From: an uncultured Mycoplasmatota bacterium | GTDB taxonomy: Bacteria; Bacillota_I; Bacilli_A; RF39; UBA660 | Assembly (NCBI GenBank): GCA_937944975.1 | Contig: CALEBF010000014.1 | Span: 82,304-146,303 of the forward strand | Length of the DNA stretch: 64,000 nt | Direction of reading: 5' to 3' | The notes under the pieces: generated by a model | The model's input: the letters and a program-made list of their open reading frames with translations, nothing else | Told to the model about the DNA's origin: nothing | Database searches by the model: none | Translations under genes and position numbers: made by a program | Shown here: piece after piece, positions 47,418 to 57,536 of the stretch | Position numbering within the stretch: the stretch's first letter is position 1 | Layout: each line of letters starts with the position of its first letter

Positions 47418-49058
47418 ATGAAGAAAAATACGTTTTTAGAAGGTGCAATGATAGCGACGATTGGAATTATTTTGTGTAAGATTATAGGACTTGTATATGT
47501 CATTCCTTTTTATGCAATCATTGGTACACAAGGAGGGGCGTTATATAGTTATGCATATTCAATTTATGCGATTTTCTTAAGTCTTTCTAATAGTGGAATT
47601 CCCGTCGCTGTCAGTAAGGTAATTAGTGAATATAATACACTTGGTTATGTAAAAGCAAAAGAACGGGCATTTCAAATGGCATCTCTTATCATTATTGGAC
47701 TGGGAATTTTTTTCTTCCTCGTTCTAGTCATATTCGCACCTACGATTGCGCGTATAATTCTAGGAGATATCCAAGGTGGAAATACATTAGAAGGGGTTAC
47801 ACTAGTAATTAGAATTGTCGCAACGGCACTTTTAATTGTACCGATCGAAAGTGTAACACAAGGTTACTTTCAGGGACATAAAATCATGGTGCCTCCAACG
47901 ATGGCCAACGTCATAGAACAATTAGTGCGTGTGATCGTCATTGTTGCAGGAAGTTTTGTCGCTTTACAAGTATTCCATCTATCTTTAGAGACAGCTGTTG
48001 GTATTGCCGTATTTGGAGCGACGATCGGTTGTTTGGTTGCATATTTTTACTTACTCCGCGTACTTAAAAAGAATAAAAAGAAAATAGAAGAAACAGCATT
48101 AGTGGCAAGTCATGAGCCGAAAATTTCAAGAAAGACAATTTTAAAGAAAATTATCTATTATGCACTTCCTTTTGTTATAATTGATTTTATGAATTCTGCA
48201 TATGGAATGGTTGATACGTTGACAGTCGTATCCGGACTGACTGACTTAGGATATGATGCTGTTACGACTGAAACAGCAATTGGTGTGATCGCAACATGGG
48301 CGACGAAGTTGAATATGATCGTAGCATCGATCGCACTCGGAATTACAGTGAGCTTGATTCCGAACATCGCAAGTAGTTATGTCAAGAAAAATTGGAAAGG
48401 TGTTAGTCGTAAGATGAATCAGGCATTACAAGCACTTTCACTAACGACGATTCCAATGGCATTTGGACTTAGCTTTTTAGCTGCGCCAGTCTGGGTTATC
48501 TTTTATGGTTACAATGGGCTCAGCATCGATATTTTTAGACTGTATATTATTCAAGCGATTACATTCTCTTTCTATACAACCCTCGTTAATTTAATCCAAA
48601 CGATGAATCGTACGAAATTGGGAATGGGAATTTTAGGAGGAAGCTTTATCGCAAAATATCTCTTAAATGTTCCAATCATGAGACTTTGCTACTCGGTAGG
48701 AATTCCAGCTTATTACGGGCCAATTTTTACAACTTTACTGACACAATCTATATCAGTTCTCTTAATCTTGATTATTATGAGAAAAGATTATCAAGTCGCT
48801 TATCGTAAAACGATTGTACTTACGATCAAAGTATTACTTATTACAGGAGTTATGATAGGAATATTAAGCATCATGAATTTATTTATTCCTGTTGCTGTAC
48901 AATCGAGATGGATAGCTATTTTGATTACGATTTTATATGCTGGAGTAGGGGCTATTATATATTGTGTTCTCGGATATCGTCATCATGTGTTCCAAGAAGT
49001 ATTTGGAAACGACATTTTAGACAAGATCTTGAGAAAGGTTCATTTAAAGAAGGCGTAA
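47418..49058 (+). CDS. MOP-superfamily flippase, SpoVB-like (stage V sporulation protein B / polysaccharide biosynthesis protein)
   Basis: 14-TM profile. N-terminal 'IGIILCKIIGLVYVIPFYAIIG...SNSGIPVAVSKVISEY' resembles SpoVB/MurJ-Wzx family proteins. Confidence 0.55.
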   Translation: MKKNTFLEGAMIATIGIILCKIIGLVYVIPFYAIIGTQGGALYSYAYSIYAIFLSLSNSGIPVAVSKVISEYNTLGYVKAKERAFQMASLIIIGLGIFFFLVLVIFAPTIARIILGDIQGGNTLEGVTLVIRIVATALLIVPIESVTQGYFQGHKIMVPPTMANVIEQLVRVIVIVAGSFVALQVFHLSLETAVGIAVFGATIGCLVAYFYLLRVLKKNKKKIEETALVASHEPKISRKTILKKIIYYALPFVIIDFMNSAYGMVDTLTVVSGLTDLGYDAVTTETAIGVIATWATKLNMIVASIALGITVSLIPNIASSYVKKNWKGVSRKMNQALQALSLTTIPMAFGLSFLAAPVWVIFYGYNGLSIDIFRLYIIQAITFSFYTTLVNLIQTMNRTKLGMGILGGSFIAKYLLNVPIMRLCYSVGIPAYYGPIFTTLLTQSISVLLILIIMRKDYQVAYRKTIVLTIKVLLITGVMIGILSIMNLFIPVAVQSRWIAILITILYAGVGAIIYCVLGYRHHVFQEVFGNDILDKILRKVHLKKA

Positions 49059-49147
49059 GCCTTTTTCTTTTTCTATACTACTTTATATATTTTAGTACTT
49101 GACAATATAAGGTAGTTGATATACAATGATACTGACGAGGTGGTACT

Positions 49148-49489
49148 ATGAATGTTCAGTTCAAAAAGGGAGTACTAGAATTGATTGTGTTGTTATCAGT
49201 TCATAAGAAGGATCGTTACGGATATGAATTGATGACCGAGGTTTCTAAAATTGTAGATATCAATGAGGGAACGATCTATCCTTTATTGAAAAGATTAACG
49301 AACGAAAAGTACTTTGATACATACTTAGTAGAGTCGACAGAGGGACCACCAAGAAAATATTATAGGTTAACTGTATTAGGAGAAGAAAGAATGAAAGAAT
49401 TAAAAGAAATATGGTTAGATTTTTCAAGTTCTGTAAATCAGTTTATCGAGGAGAGTGAGAATCATGACGAAAAAGCAATTTTTGAATAA
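49148..49489 (+). CDS. PadR family transcriptional regulator
   Basis: 'YGYELMTEVSKIVDINEGTIYPLLKRLTNEKY' is the PadR winged-helix signature. The consensus promoter TTGACA...TATACAAT lies upstream at about 49100-49135. Confidence 0.75.
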   Translation: MNVQFKKGVLELIVLLSVHKKDRYGYELMTEVSKIVDINEGTIYPLLKRLTNEKYFDTYLVESTEGPPRKYYRLTVLGEERMKELKEIWLDFSSSVNQFIEESENHDEKAIFE

Positions 49490-50951
49490 GTTAGAAAAAG
49501 AATTAAGCATATTAGATGAACATGAGGTGAAAGATATCATTAATGAATATAATGATATTATTGAAGAGAAAATTAAGCATGGTCAAAAAGAGAAAGAAGC
49601 TGTTGCAGAAGTAGGAGACGTCGAAAGCTTAGCAAAGGATATTCTAAGCGCTTATAAAGTAAATCCGAATTACAAGAAAAAAGAAGGAGACGAGTTTACA
49701 CAAAGTGCAAAAAAACTAGGGGAAGATTTTGACTCTTTCATTAAAAAGGGAGCAGAGAAGGCTACAAAAATAACGCAAAATGTCGTGGATACAATGCGTG
49801 AAAATAATCAAGAGTTGACGATCGACTTTATATTTGAACTATTGTTTAAAGCAATTGCAGCTCTGATTATCATGGCAATCGCATCACTACCTTTTATGTT
49901 AATTCGTGAATTAGGAACGAATATCTTGGAAATGATGATTTATCCATTGGATTCTATTTTAGGGTTCTGTTGGTCTGTCATAGTGGGAATTTTATATGTT
50001 GTATGTTGTGCATTTATATTTCTTGCTATGTTCAAACAATACTTTACAAAGTCGCGCTCTGACCGTGAGAAGAAAGATAAAAAAAAAGAACCGATGAAAA
50101 AAGATAAAGATGCCTCAGAAAAGGAAGATGCAAAAAATTCTAAACAAGAAGAGAAGAAGGCACCTGAGATCAAGGTACAAAGAAGTACGACTTCAAATAC
50201 GATTTCCGATGTGATCGTTAGTTTAGTAAAAGTATTTGTAATCTTAATTTCAATTCCTTTGATGATCTGGATTGGATGTGTTGGATTTGGAATAGCATTC
50301 TTCATTTATCTCATCATTGCTGGTTTTCCAATTTATTCTGTGCTCATTTTAACGATTGGTGTCTTTGTGATTTCTCTATCTGTTTTAAGTATGATTTTCT
50401 CATTGATTTTTAACCGTAAAAAAATCTATGTATGGCCATTTTTCGTAGGACTTGGAGTTATGTTAGTTGGTGGATTTATGACTTTCGATTATGTTTTAAG
50501 ATTTGAATATATCGATACATTACCAAAAAATGAATATCAAAGGCAAGTAGATACGATCGATGTGACAGTGAATGAAAATCAATGGCCGATATCAATTTCG
50601 ACGAATAGTGGATGGGTATCAGAAGTGGTTGCAGATGAAACGCTCTCAACAAACCAGATGAAAGTGGAAGTAGAGTACTATGATGATTTTGTCACGATGG
50701 AAGAATTATCGAATACAGTTGAAAGCGATCCTATTTGTGATAGAGACGACATGGGAAATTTAACAAATTGTTTCTATTTATATCAAATTAGAAATAAAAA
50801 CGTCGATGGATGGAAAGTTTATCGAAAGATAAAGCCAAATTTAATAGAAAACTTCCAAAACTATAAGATTTATAGTTATCGAGATTTGACTGTTCCAAAA
50901 ATTACGATTTATGTAAATCCAGCAAATCAAAATAAGATTCGTTATTGGTAA
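49464..50951 (+). CDS. DUF1700-like membrane protein (PadR partner) with extended C-terminal TM and extracytoplasmic region
   Basis: N-terminal 'MTKKQFLNKLEKELSILDEHEVKDIINEYNDII' is typical of DUF1700 proteins encoded after padR. Multiple TM segments and a Lys/Glu-rich linker. Confidence 0.5.
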   Translation: MTKKQFLNKLEKELSILDEHEVKDIINEYNDIIEEKIKHGQKEKEAVAEVGDVESLAKDILSAYKVNPNYKKKEGDEFTQSAKKLGEDFDSFIKKGAEKATKITQNVVDTMRENNQELTIDFIFELLFKAIAALIIMAIASLPFMLIRELGTNILEMMIYPLDSILGFCWSVIVGILYVVCCAFIFLAMFKQYFTKSRSDREKKDKKKEPMKKDKDASEKEDAKNSKQEEKKAPEIKVQRSTTSNTISDVIVSLVKVFVILISIPLMIWIGCVGFGIAFFIYLIIAGFPIYSVLILTIGVFVISLSVLSMIFSLIFNRKKIYVWPFFVGLGVMLVGGFMTFDYVLRFEYIDTLPKNEYQRQVDTIDVTVNENQWPISISTNSGWVSEVVADETLSTNQMKVEVEYYDDFVTMEELSNTVESDPICDRDDMGNLTNCFYLYQIRNKNVDGWKVYRKIKPNLIENFQNYKIYSYRDLTVPKITIYVNPANQNKIRYW

Positions 50952-51030
50952 CCAAAGAAAGAATAAAAGTTCTTTCTTTTTTTGCAGGAAATTTTACCTT
51001 GACTTCGAAAGATATTAGTAAGGTGATAAC

Positions 51031-52506
51031 ATGAAAAAATTGTTTATAGGATGTATTCTAGTTAGTTTGATTTCGATGAAAACGGTATCTGCGAAAGAAG
51101 AGGTATATTATGGAGAGTATGGCCCTTTTCATGACTGGTCGATGCAAAAGGTAGAAGAGAGCGATACTGTTCAAGTAGAGCATGAGAAAAGATATCATTG
51201 GTACTATGATGAGATAACCTATGGAGATTATACTTTGCTAGGTGAGGTAACGGACGATTATCCTTATCAAGATATGAACCAATCGAAAAGGGGGAACTGG
51301 TCAGAGTGGAGTACACTTCAGCCAGAAGAAGTAGAAAAACGCCAGATAGAAGAAAAGAAGTTGTATCGTTTTAGAAAGATGAAACCGATCAGGTATATTT
51401 ATTTTTATCATGCCCAAGGAAACAATGGTCGTTTAAGTGTTCCGGAGATTCGCATTTATGTGAAGGGTAAGGAGGTTCGTTATCAGGCAACTTGTAATAC
51501 TTGTAGCCCGGGGTTGATAGATGGAATACAAAATGGAAATACAAAAGATCTTGGAAATGAGATGATGGAAGATTCCACATTGATTCTCGATTTAAAACAT
51601 GAATATACAATTGATGACATTAGTGTGGGAATCTATTTATACGACACGGGGAAGATAGCTAAAAAATTAACTTATGCATTTACCGATACGATAGAAAAAA
51701 GCCCTCAGTTTTTTGTATATAATCCTTTTCAAGCGATGTTTACTAGTAATGCGAACAATGACATATATAAAATAGAATTTTCGTCTTTTTCTCTACAATC
51801 AGGAAATCCCAAATGGAAAGATTTTCAATATTCTGAAGAAGCAGTCAATGCGACATTGACAACGGAAGTGCGACATGGAGTATTTTATCGTTATCGTGAT
51901 ACTTATTATCGTCAGTATATGAAAACACGGTATGAGACAGAAGAATATACCAAAGAAAAACCAGAGAAGTATCAACATAAAAAGAAAGATACCTACCAAG
52001 ATTGGTATCGCTATCGTACGAGAGATAAAGTGGTTTTATCTGGGGAGTGGATTATTACGAGAGAGGATTTTTCTATGGATTCTTTGATTAGAGAAAAAAC
52101 GAGAGAGGTTACGTTTCAAACAAATTTAGATCTTACACGGAACGGTGTTTACGATATTGTCTTTGACTTAGGTTTTCAAAAAGTGAAAAAGAAAATTGTC
52201 GTCGATATTTTAAAAAATGACCAAAAACAATATCGGAAGGTTCAAGAAGAAATAAAATTGCTCGAACAAGATATCGAAGAAGTAGGCAAGCTTAGCGACT
52301 CGAAAGAGAAAGAAGAGCATTTGAACGAATTAAAGGAAAAGGCACTTCAATTATATAAACAAAGGGAAGAACTGAAAGAAAAACTATCTTTTCCTAATAA
52401 AAAGATAGAGGTTGATAGCAGAATGTGGTGGTATTTATTATTTATTCTTTTCATATTCCTTATACTTTGTCTTGCATATCGAAAATACAGTTATGAAAAA
52501 AGATAG
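51031..52506 (+). CDS. Hypothetical secreted protein with C-terminal membrane anchor, Tyr/Trp-rich
   Basis: Signal peptide 'MKKLFIGCILVSLISMKTVSA'. C-terminal 'WWYLLFILFIFLILCLAYRKY'. Compositionally similar to the 19030-20352 product. Confidence 0.4.
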   Translation: MKKLFIGCILVSLISMKTVSAKEEVYYGEYGPFHDWSMQKVEESDTVQVEHEKRYHWYYDEITYGDYTLLGEVTDDYPYQDMNQSKRGNWSEWSTLQPEEVEKRQIEEKKLYRFRKMKPIRYIYFYHAQGNNGRLSVPEIRIYVKGKEVRYQATCNTCSPGLIDGIQNGNTKDLGNEMMEDSTLILDLKHEYTIDDISVGIYLYDTGKIAKKLTYAFTDTIEKSPQFFVYNPFQAMFTSNANNDIYKIEFSSFSLQSGNPKWKDFQYSEEAVNATLTTEVRHGVFYRYRDTYYRQYMKTRYETEEYTKEKPEKYQHKKKDTYQDWYRYRTRDKVVLSGEWIITREDFSMDSLIREKTREVTFQTNLDLTRNGVYDIVFDLGFQKVKKKIVVDILKNDQKQYRKVQEEIKLLEQDIEEVGKLSDSKEKEEHLNELKEKALQLYKQREELKEKLSFPNKKIEVDSRMWWYLLFILFIFLILCLAYRKYSYEKR

Positions 52507-52596
52507 ATTTTGTCAATTGAAAAGGAATTCTAGTTTTGTCGAATTTGTATAAATGGGAAAAATTGTGTGCTACATTAGATAGGCGAGGTGATAAAC

Positions 52597-52944
52597 ATGT
52601 TAGAGATAGATATGGAGTATCGAAAGGGAGTATTGTTTATTCGATTGATAGGAGAATTGATCGAGAGTACGATTCCTGTGTTGGAACAGGAAGTCACGCA
52701 TATTATGAAGGATTATGGAATTGGGAATATCGTATTTAATGTAGAAGGACTTGAGGTAATCGATATGAAAGGAATTCAAGCACTATTAAAGCATTATGAA
52801 CTTGCAAAAGATAGTCATGGAAAAGTAATGTTATGTGGACTAAAAAATGACTTAGTAAAACATAGAATAGAAAACAGTCACTTATTAAACTATATGTATG
52901 AAACGAGCGATGAATTGACAGCTCTTTCTTATATGAGTTATTGA
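52597..52944 (+). CDS. Anti-sigma-factor antagonist (STAS domain, SpoIIAA-like) lacking the phosphorylatable serine
   Basis: ATG 52597 after GAGGTGA. 'IRLIGELIESTIPVLEQEV...NIVFNVEGLEVIDMKGIQALL' aligns with the SpoIIAA block 'LNLEDLSFMDSSGLGVIL'. The conserved D-S-S-G is D-M-K-G here. Confidence 0.6.
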   Translation: MLEIDMEYRKGVLFIRLIGELIESTIPVLEQEVTHIMKDYGIGNIVFNVEGLEVIDMKGIQALLKHYELAKDSHGKVMLCGLKNDLVKHRIENSHLLNYMYETSDELTALSYMSY

Positions 52945-52945
52945 T

Positions 52946-53602
52946 ATGAATAATGAATTTATCGAGCAGTATGAGAATTTAATTTATTCTATGTTTCGCT
53001 ATTTTGATTATTATCCATATAAAGAAGATTTGTTTCAACAAGGTGTCATTGGGCTTATGAAAGCATACGAACATTACGATCCTAATATGAATGTCAAGTT
53101 CTCTACATTCGCATATTCTCATATATGGGGAGAGATGAATAAGTTAGTGACAGAAGATAAGACGATGAAAGTGAGTCGTAACATTCGAAAATTAAATTTA
53201 AAGATAGAACGAGCTATGATCATTCTTACGCAGACGTACGGTAGAGAACCAAGTGTGGATGAACTCGTAGATTATCTTGGTGTTACACCTTACGAAATTA
53301 GAGAAGCACTTATGAGTCGTCAGCCGACGAGAAGTATCGATGAGCCAATCTGTATGGATGGAAAAGAGATGTCACTTCATGAGACAATCGCTGATAAAAG
53401 AGGATCACATATCGATGAATTAATTGCTTTAAAAGAGCAGCTTCAACATCTTACAGCAGAAGAAAAGCGTTTGATCGAAGCGAGATATATGGAGGATATG
53501 ACACAATCTGAGGTTTCTAAAATGTTAGGAATGAGTCAAGTGCAGGTGTCAAGAAAAGAAGATAAAATTAAATGTAAAATGAGAACAGGACTATTAAATT
53601 AG
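52946..53602 (+). CDS. sigF: Sporulation sigma factor, SigF-like
   Basis: Region 2 'FQQGVIGLMKAYEHYDPNMNVKFSTFAYSHIWGEM'. Region 4 'MTQSEVSKMLGMSQVQVSRKEDKI' is close to B. subtilis SigF 'QTQSEVAERLGISQVQVSRLEKKI'. It starts 1 nt after the STAS gene and lies upstream of spoVA. Confidence 0.75.
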   Translation: MNNEFIEQYENLIYSMFRYFDYYPYKEDLFQQGVIGLMKAYEHYDPNMNVKFSTFAYSHIWGEMNKLVTEDKTMKVSRNIRKLNLKIERAMIILTQTYGREPSVDELVDYLGVTPYEIREALMSRQPTRSIDEPICMDGKEMSLHETIADKRGSHIDELIALKEQLQHLTAEEKRLIEARYMEDMTQSEVSKMLGMSQVQVSRKEDKIKCKMRTGLLN

Positions 53603-53667
53603 TCCTGTTTTTTGTACAAATGTATAAAAATAGGAAATATTTTCATAATAGAGTTAGGAGGAATATT

Positions 53668-54108
53668 ATGGAAAAGAACAAGTATAAGGATCTCGTAGCA
53701 CGTCATACGCCAAAAGAACCTCGTCTTTATCACGGAATGATCGCTTTTTTAACAGGAGGAATGATGGGAGTAATAGGACAATTCTTAATTGATGTTTATT
53801 CTTATTATTTTCACATTTCAACTTCCAATGCTTCTGTATTTATGATTATTACGCTTGTATTTGCAGGATGTCTACTGACAGCACTTGGCTTTTTTGATAA
53901 ATGGGTTAGTTTTGCCCGCGCTGGGTTAATTATCCCTATCACAGGATTTGCCCATGCGATGATGAGTGCTGCGTTAGAATATCGAAAAGAAGGCTTAGTT
54001 ACAGGAATCGGTGCTAATATGTTTAAATTGGCTGGTTCTGTTATCATCTTCGGGGTGGTAAGTGCTTATATAGTAGGATTTATTCGTTTGATAGTGTTAG
54101 GAGGATAA
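53668..54108 (+). CDS. spoVAC: Stage V sporulation protein AC
   Basis: ATG 53668 after AGGAGGAA. 'HTPKEPRLYHGMIAFLTGGMMGVIGQFLID' matches the SpoVAC membrane protein. Confidence 0.8.
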   Translation: MEKNKYKDLVARHTPKEPRLYHGMIAFLTGGMMGVIGQFLIDVYSYYFHISTSNASVFMIITLVFAGCLLTALGFFDKWVSFARAGLIIPITGFAHAMMSAALEYRKEGLVTGIGANMFKLAGSVIIFGVVSAYIVGFIRLIVLGG

Positions 54109-54110
54109 AT

Positions 54111-55100
54111 ATGACAATTCGTTATAAAAATGTATATATTAATGAAACGAGTACAATCACTGGACCTTATGAACAGAAAGGTCCACTCAATAATTACTTT
54201 GATAAGAGTTATGATGATCTTTACTTTAAACAACCAACTTGGGAACAAGCAGAGTCTAAATTGATTGAGGAGAGTGTAGATTTATTGCTTTTGAAAATCG
54301 GAAAGACACGATTCGATGTCGACTTATTCATATCAGGTGATTTACTCAATCAAATAACAGCATCAAATTATGCTGCAAATCGTCTTGGCATTCCTTTTTT
54401 AGGAGTGTATAGTGCTTGTGCAAGTAGTGTTGAAGGACTCATCATCGGCGCGAATATGATCGAGTCAAAAATGATTAAAAATTGTATTACAAGTGTATCT
54501 TCACACAACAATGCGGCCGAAAAACAATTTCGATACCCAGTGGAATATGGGGGACCAAAGCCGAAGACGGCGACTATTACAGCAACGGGGAGTGCTAGTG
54601 CTTATTTAAGTTATAATAAAGCAAATATTAAAGTGGATAGTGCGACGATCGGAACGGTTCAAGACTTAGGAATAAAAGATGCATTTCACATGGGAGCAGT
54701 CATGGCGCCTGCAGCCGCACATACCCTGTATCAACACCTAAAAGATACGAAAAGAGAAATCGGATATTACGATTTGATTTTAACGGGAGATTTAGGAGAC
54801 TATGGAAAACAAATTCTAATTGATTTTATGCAGACAGAATATAATATCACGTTAAAAAATTATGAAGATACCGGATGCTTATTATACGATCCTGAAAGTG
54901 AAGATCGTATGGCGGGTGGAAGTGGTCCCGCGTGTGCTCCACTTGTTACGTATAGTTATATTTTTGAGAAAATGAGAAAAAAAGAATATCAACATGTATT
55001 ATTGATTGCAACAGGTGCACTCATGTCTCCGACAATGGTAAATCAAAAATTATCTATTCCAAGTATCGCACATGCTATTAGTTTGGAGGCGATTGAATGA
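54111..55100 (+). CDS. spoVAD: Stage V sporulation protein AD (thiolase-fold)
   Basis: 'TITGPYEQKGPLNNYFDKSYDDLYFKQPTWEQAESKL' matches the SpoVAD N-terminal region. 329 aa. Confidence 0.85.
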   Translation: MTIRYKNVYINETSTITGPYEQKGPLNNYFDKSYDDLYFKQPTWEQAESKLIEESVDLLLLKIGKTRFDVDLFISGDLLNQITASNYAANRLGIPFLGVYSACASSVEGLIIGANMIESKMIKNCITSVSSHNNAAEKQFRYPVEYGGPKPKTATITATGSASAYLSYNKANIKVDSATIGTVQDLGIKDAFHMGAVMAPAAAHTLYQHLKDTKREIGYYDLILTGDLGDYGKQILIDFMQTEYNITLKNYEDTGCLLYDPESEDRMAGGSGPACAPLVTYSYIFEKMRKKEYQHVLLIATGALMSPTMVNQKLSIPSIAHAISLEAIE

Positions 55101-55447
55101 TCTATGTCAATTCATTTTTGTTTGCAGGATTTGTCTGTTTGCTAGGACAAGTAATTTTAGATAATACAAAATTAACACCTGGACATGTAACAACATTGTT
55201 TGTTGTGATTGGAACATTTTTAGATATGTTTGGGTTTTACGACAAAATTATTTTATGGGTTGGAGGAGGAGCTTTAGTTCCAATTACAAGTTTTGGGCAT
55301 TTGCTCATTCACGGTGCACTTGCGCGTGCTAGTGATATTGGTATTATGGGACTTGCAATGGGAATGTTTGATTTAACATCCACTGGAATTATTGCTGCGA
55401 TTGTATTCTCCTTTGTATTTGCGTTGATTTTTAAACCTCGTGACTAA
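55097..55447 (+). CDS. spoVAEB: Stage V sporulation protein AEb
   Basis: 116-aa 4-TM protein 'FVCLLGQVILDNTKLTPGHVTTLFVVIGTFLD'. Overlaps spoVAD by 4 nt. Confidence 0.75.
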   Translation: MIYVNSFLFAGFVCLLGQVILDNTKLTPGHVTTLFVVIGTFLDMFGFYDKIILWVGGGALVPITSFGHLLIHGALARASDIGIMGLAMGMFDLTSTGIIAAIVFSFVFALIFKPRD

Positions 55448-55503
55448 AATTTGACAAATATAAAAAATATGATAAAATATCTTCTCAAGAAAGAGGGGAT
55501 ATT

Positions 55504-56010
55504 ATGATAAAACATACGATTGATCCGTATTTAGAAGAACTTTTAAAAGAAAACGGGTATTATGGTAATACAAAAGAATCAGCGGAAGAAGTGTTAGAAG
55601 AAGAACCAGTGGAAGAAGAGGACATGGAAGAACCAGTAATGGAAGAAGAACCAGCAATGGAAGAAGAGCCAGTAATGGATGGACCTGCAACTTCAGATCC
55701 ATCAATTCGTCTACATATGGTATCTAAAAATGATCATTATTTAAAACAAATGAAACTATATCGTAATTCAGGAATTATGAGTGGAATTGCATGTGCTGGA
55801 TCTTTACTTTCTTATACTTATACACTCCCGATGGATGCAACACCATCCACTGGAATGTTACAAAGCCTTACAATTGGTATGTCAGCCTTGACGCTCGCTC
55901 GTTCTGTATATTGCTTTTATAAAAGAGGTAAATATAGCGAGATGTGTACCAATGTAAAGGAAAAAGGAAAAGTAAAAAATAAAATTAAAGAAAAGATTGC
56001 TGAATGGTAA
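55504..56010 (+). CDS. Hypothetical protein with acidic EEEP(V/A)M repeats and C-terminal hydrophobic segment
   Basis: 'EEEPVEEEDMEEPVMEEEPAMEEEPVMDGP' triple repeat. Extended -10 promoter TGATAAAAT upstream. Confidence 0.4.
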   Translation: MIKHTIDPYLEELLKENGYYGNTKESAEEVLEEEPVEEEDMEEPVMEEEPAMEEEPVMDGPATSDPSIRLHMVSKNDHYLKQMKLYRNSGIMSGIACAGSLLSYTYTLPMDATPSTGMLQSLTIGMSALTLARSVYCFYKRGKYSEMCTNVKEKGKVKNKIKEKIAEW

Positions 56011-56147
56011 AATAGCTAAGGCAAAAAGTCAAACGGAAAATATAATACAATGATGTATTATATTTTTTATTTGAATCGAGCTTTATTTTGAAAAACTTGT
56101 ATTCAAGTTCTAGTTTTAGTACAATATAATAAGTGGAAGGTGAATGT

Positions 56148-57536
56148 ATGGAAGTAGCATTAAAAATTGATTCGAGGAAGGTAAAACCAGGGGATACTTT
56201 TTTAGCGTTGCGTGGTGTTGATACAGATGGACATCAATATATCGACAAAGCAATCGAAAATGGAGCGACAAAGATTATATGTGAAGAAGGAACATATGAT
56301 GTAGAAACGATTGTCGTCGAGGATACTTTAACCTATTTGATCGATTATTTAAAAGAAAACTACGGAGGAGAAATAGAAAAATTAAAACTAATCGGAATTA
56401 CGGGTACGAATGGAAAAACGACGAGCGCATTTCTCCTTCACAATGCTTTAAATAGAGTAGGAAAGAAAGCTTCCTATGTTGGAACTGTCGGATTTTATAT
56501 CGAGGAAAAGATTAGAAATTTACCAAATACGACGCCAAATATTTTAGAACTATATAATATTTTTCTCACATGTGTAGAGCGAGGAGTAGAATATGTTGTA
56601 TTGGAAGTAAGTAGTCACGGCCTTTGTAGACGCAGAGTGGAAGGGTTAGAGTTCGATTATGCAGTATTTACAAATTTGACTCAAGATCATTTGGATTTTC
56701 ATAAGACGATGGAGCAGTATGCACTCGCAAAACAAAAGCTATTTCACATGTTAAAACCCGGGGGAACAGCAATTGTAAACGCTGATGATAAATATAAAGA
56801 TTTATATCTGCTTCCGGAAAATCATAATATTACATACGGATTTCAAGAGGGTGACTATCAGGTGATAGAACACCATATGAGCCATATTCACACGACATTT
56901 ACATATCGTCATTTAGGAAAAGAATATGATGTTGTATCACCTTTACTCGGAGATTACAATATCTACAATTTGTTAATTACGATCGTAATTTTAACAGAGT
57001 TAGGAATTGATACTACGACATTATTGCGTGTGATACCAACTTTAAAAGCACCTGCTGGACGCATGGAGACGGTGCCATATAAAACGAATAATATCATTAT
57101 CGATTATGCACATACACCAGATGCGATCGAAAAGATTATTACAACTGTAAAACCACTTACAAAGGGAAAAATATTTGTTGTTTTTGGATGTACTGGAGAC
57201 CGAGATCGCTTAAAAAGACCACTTATGACAGATTTAGTGACCAAACTAGTTGACTATGCGATTATTACGATTGATGATCCTCACAACGAGGACCCAAATC
57301 AAATTGTCGACGACATGATCAAAGGATTACAACAATCAAATTACGAAGTGATCTTAGATCGAGGAAAGGCAATCGATCGTGGTATTGAGTTATTACAAGA
57401 AAACGATATTTTATTGATTCTGGGAAAAGGGCATGAAGAAGTAATTATATATAAAGATCAGAGAATTCCATTTAATGATAGAAAAGAAGTGGAAAAATAT
57501 TTAAAGGAAAAAGAAACGTCAGGAGCAAATATATGA
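56148..57536 (+). CDS. murE: UDP-N-acetylmuramoyl-tripeptide synthetase MurE paralog 1 (non-DAP-type motif DDPH)
   Basis: N-terminal 'KIDSRKVKPGDTFLALRGVDTDGHQYIDKAIENGA'. P-loop 'GITGTNGKTT'. C-terminal 'ITIDDPHNEDP' in place of the DAP-specific DNPR. Confidence 0.8.
   Translation: MEVALKIDSRKVKPGDTFLALRGVDTDGHQYIDKAIENGATKIICEEGTYDVETIVVEDTLTYLIDYLKENYGGEIEKLKLIGITGTNGKTTSAFLLHNALNRVGKKASYVGTVGFYIEEKIRNLPNTTPNILELYNIFLTCVERGVEYVVLEVSSHGLCRRRVEGLEFDYAVFTNLTQDHLDFHKTMEQYALAKQKLFHMLKPGGTAIVNADDKYKDLYLLPENHNITYGFQEGDYQVIEHHMSHIHTTFTYRHLGKEYDVVSPLLGDYNIYNLLITIVILTELGIDTTTLLRVIPTLKAPAGRMETVPYKTNNIIIDYAHTPDAIEKIITTVKPLTKGKIFVVFGCTGDRDRLKRPLMTDLVTKLVDYAIITIDDPHNEDPNQIVDDMIKGLQQSNYEVILDRGKAIDRGIELLQENDILLILGKGHEEVIIYKDQRIPFNDRKEVEKYLKEKETSGANI

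Noticed and set aside
52536-52739. 67-aa plus-strand ORF overlapping the SpoIIAA-like gene that could have hidden a spoIIAB remnant
   Set aside because: It is in a different frame, overlaps the STAS start, and shows no HATPase-like sequence. So it does not rescue the missing anti-sigma kinase.
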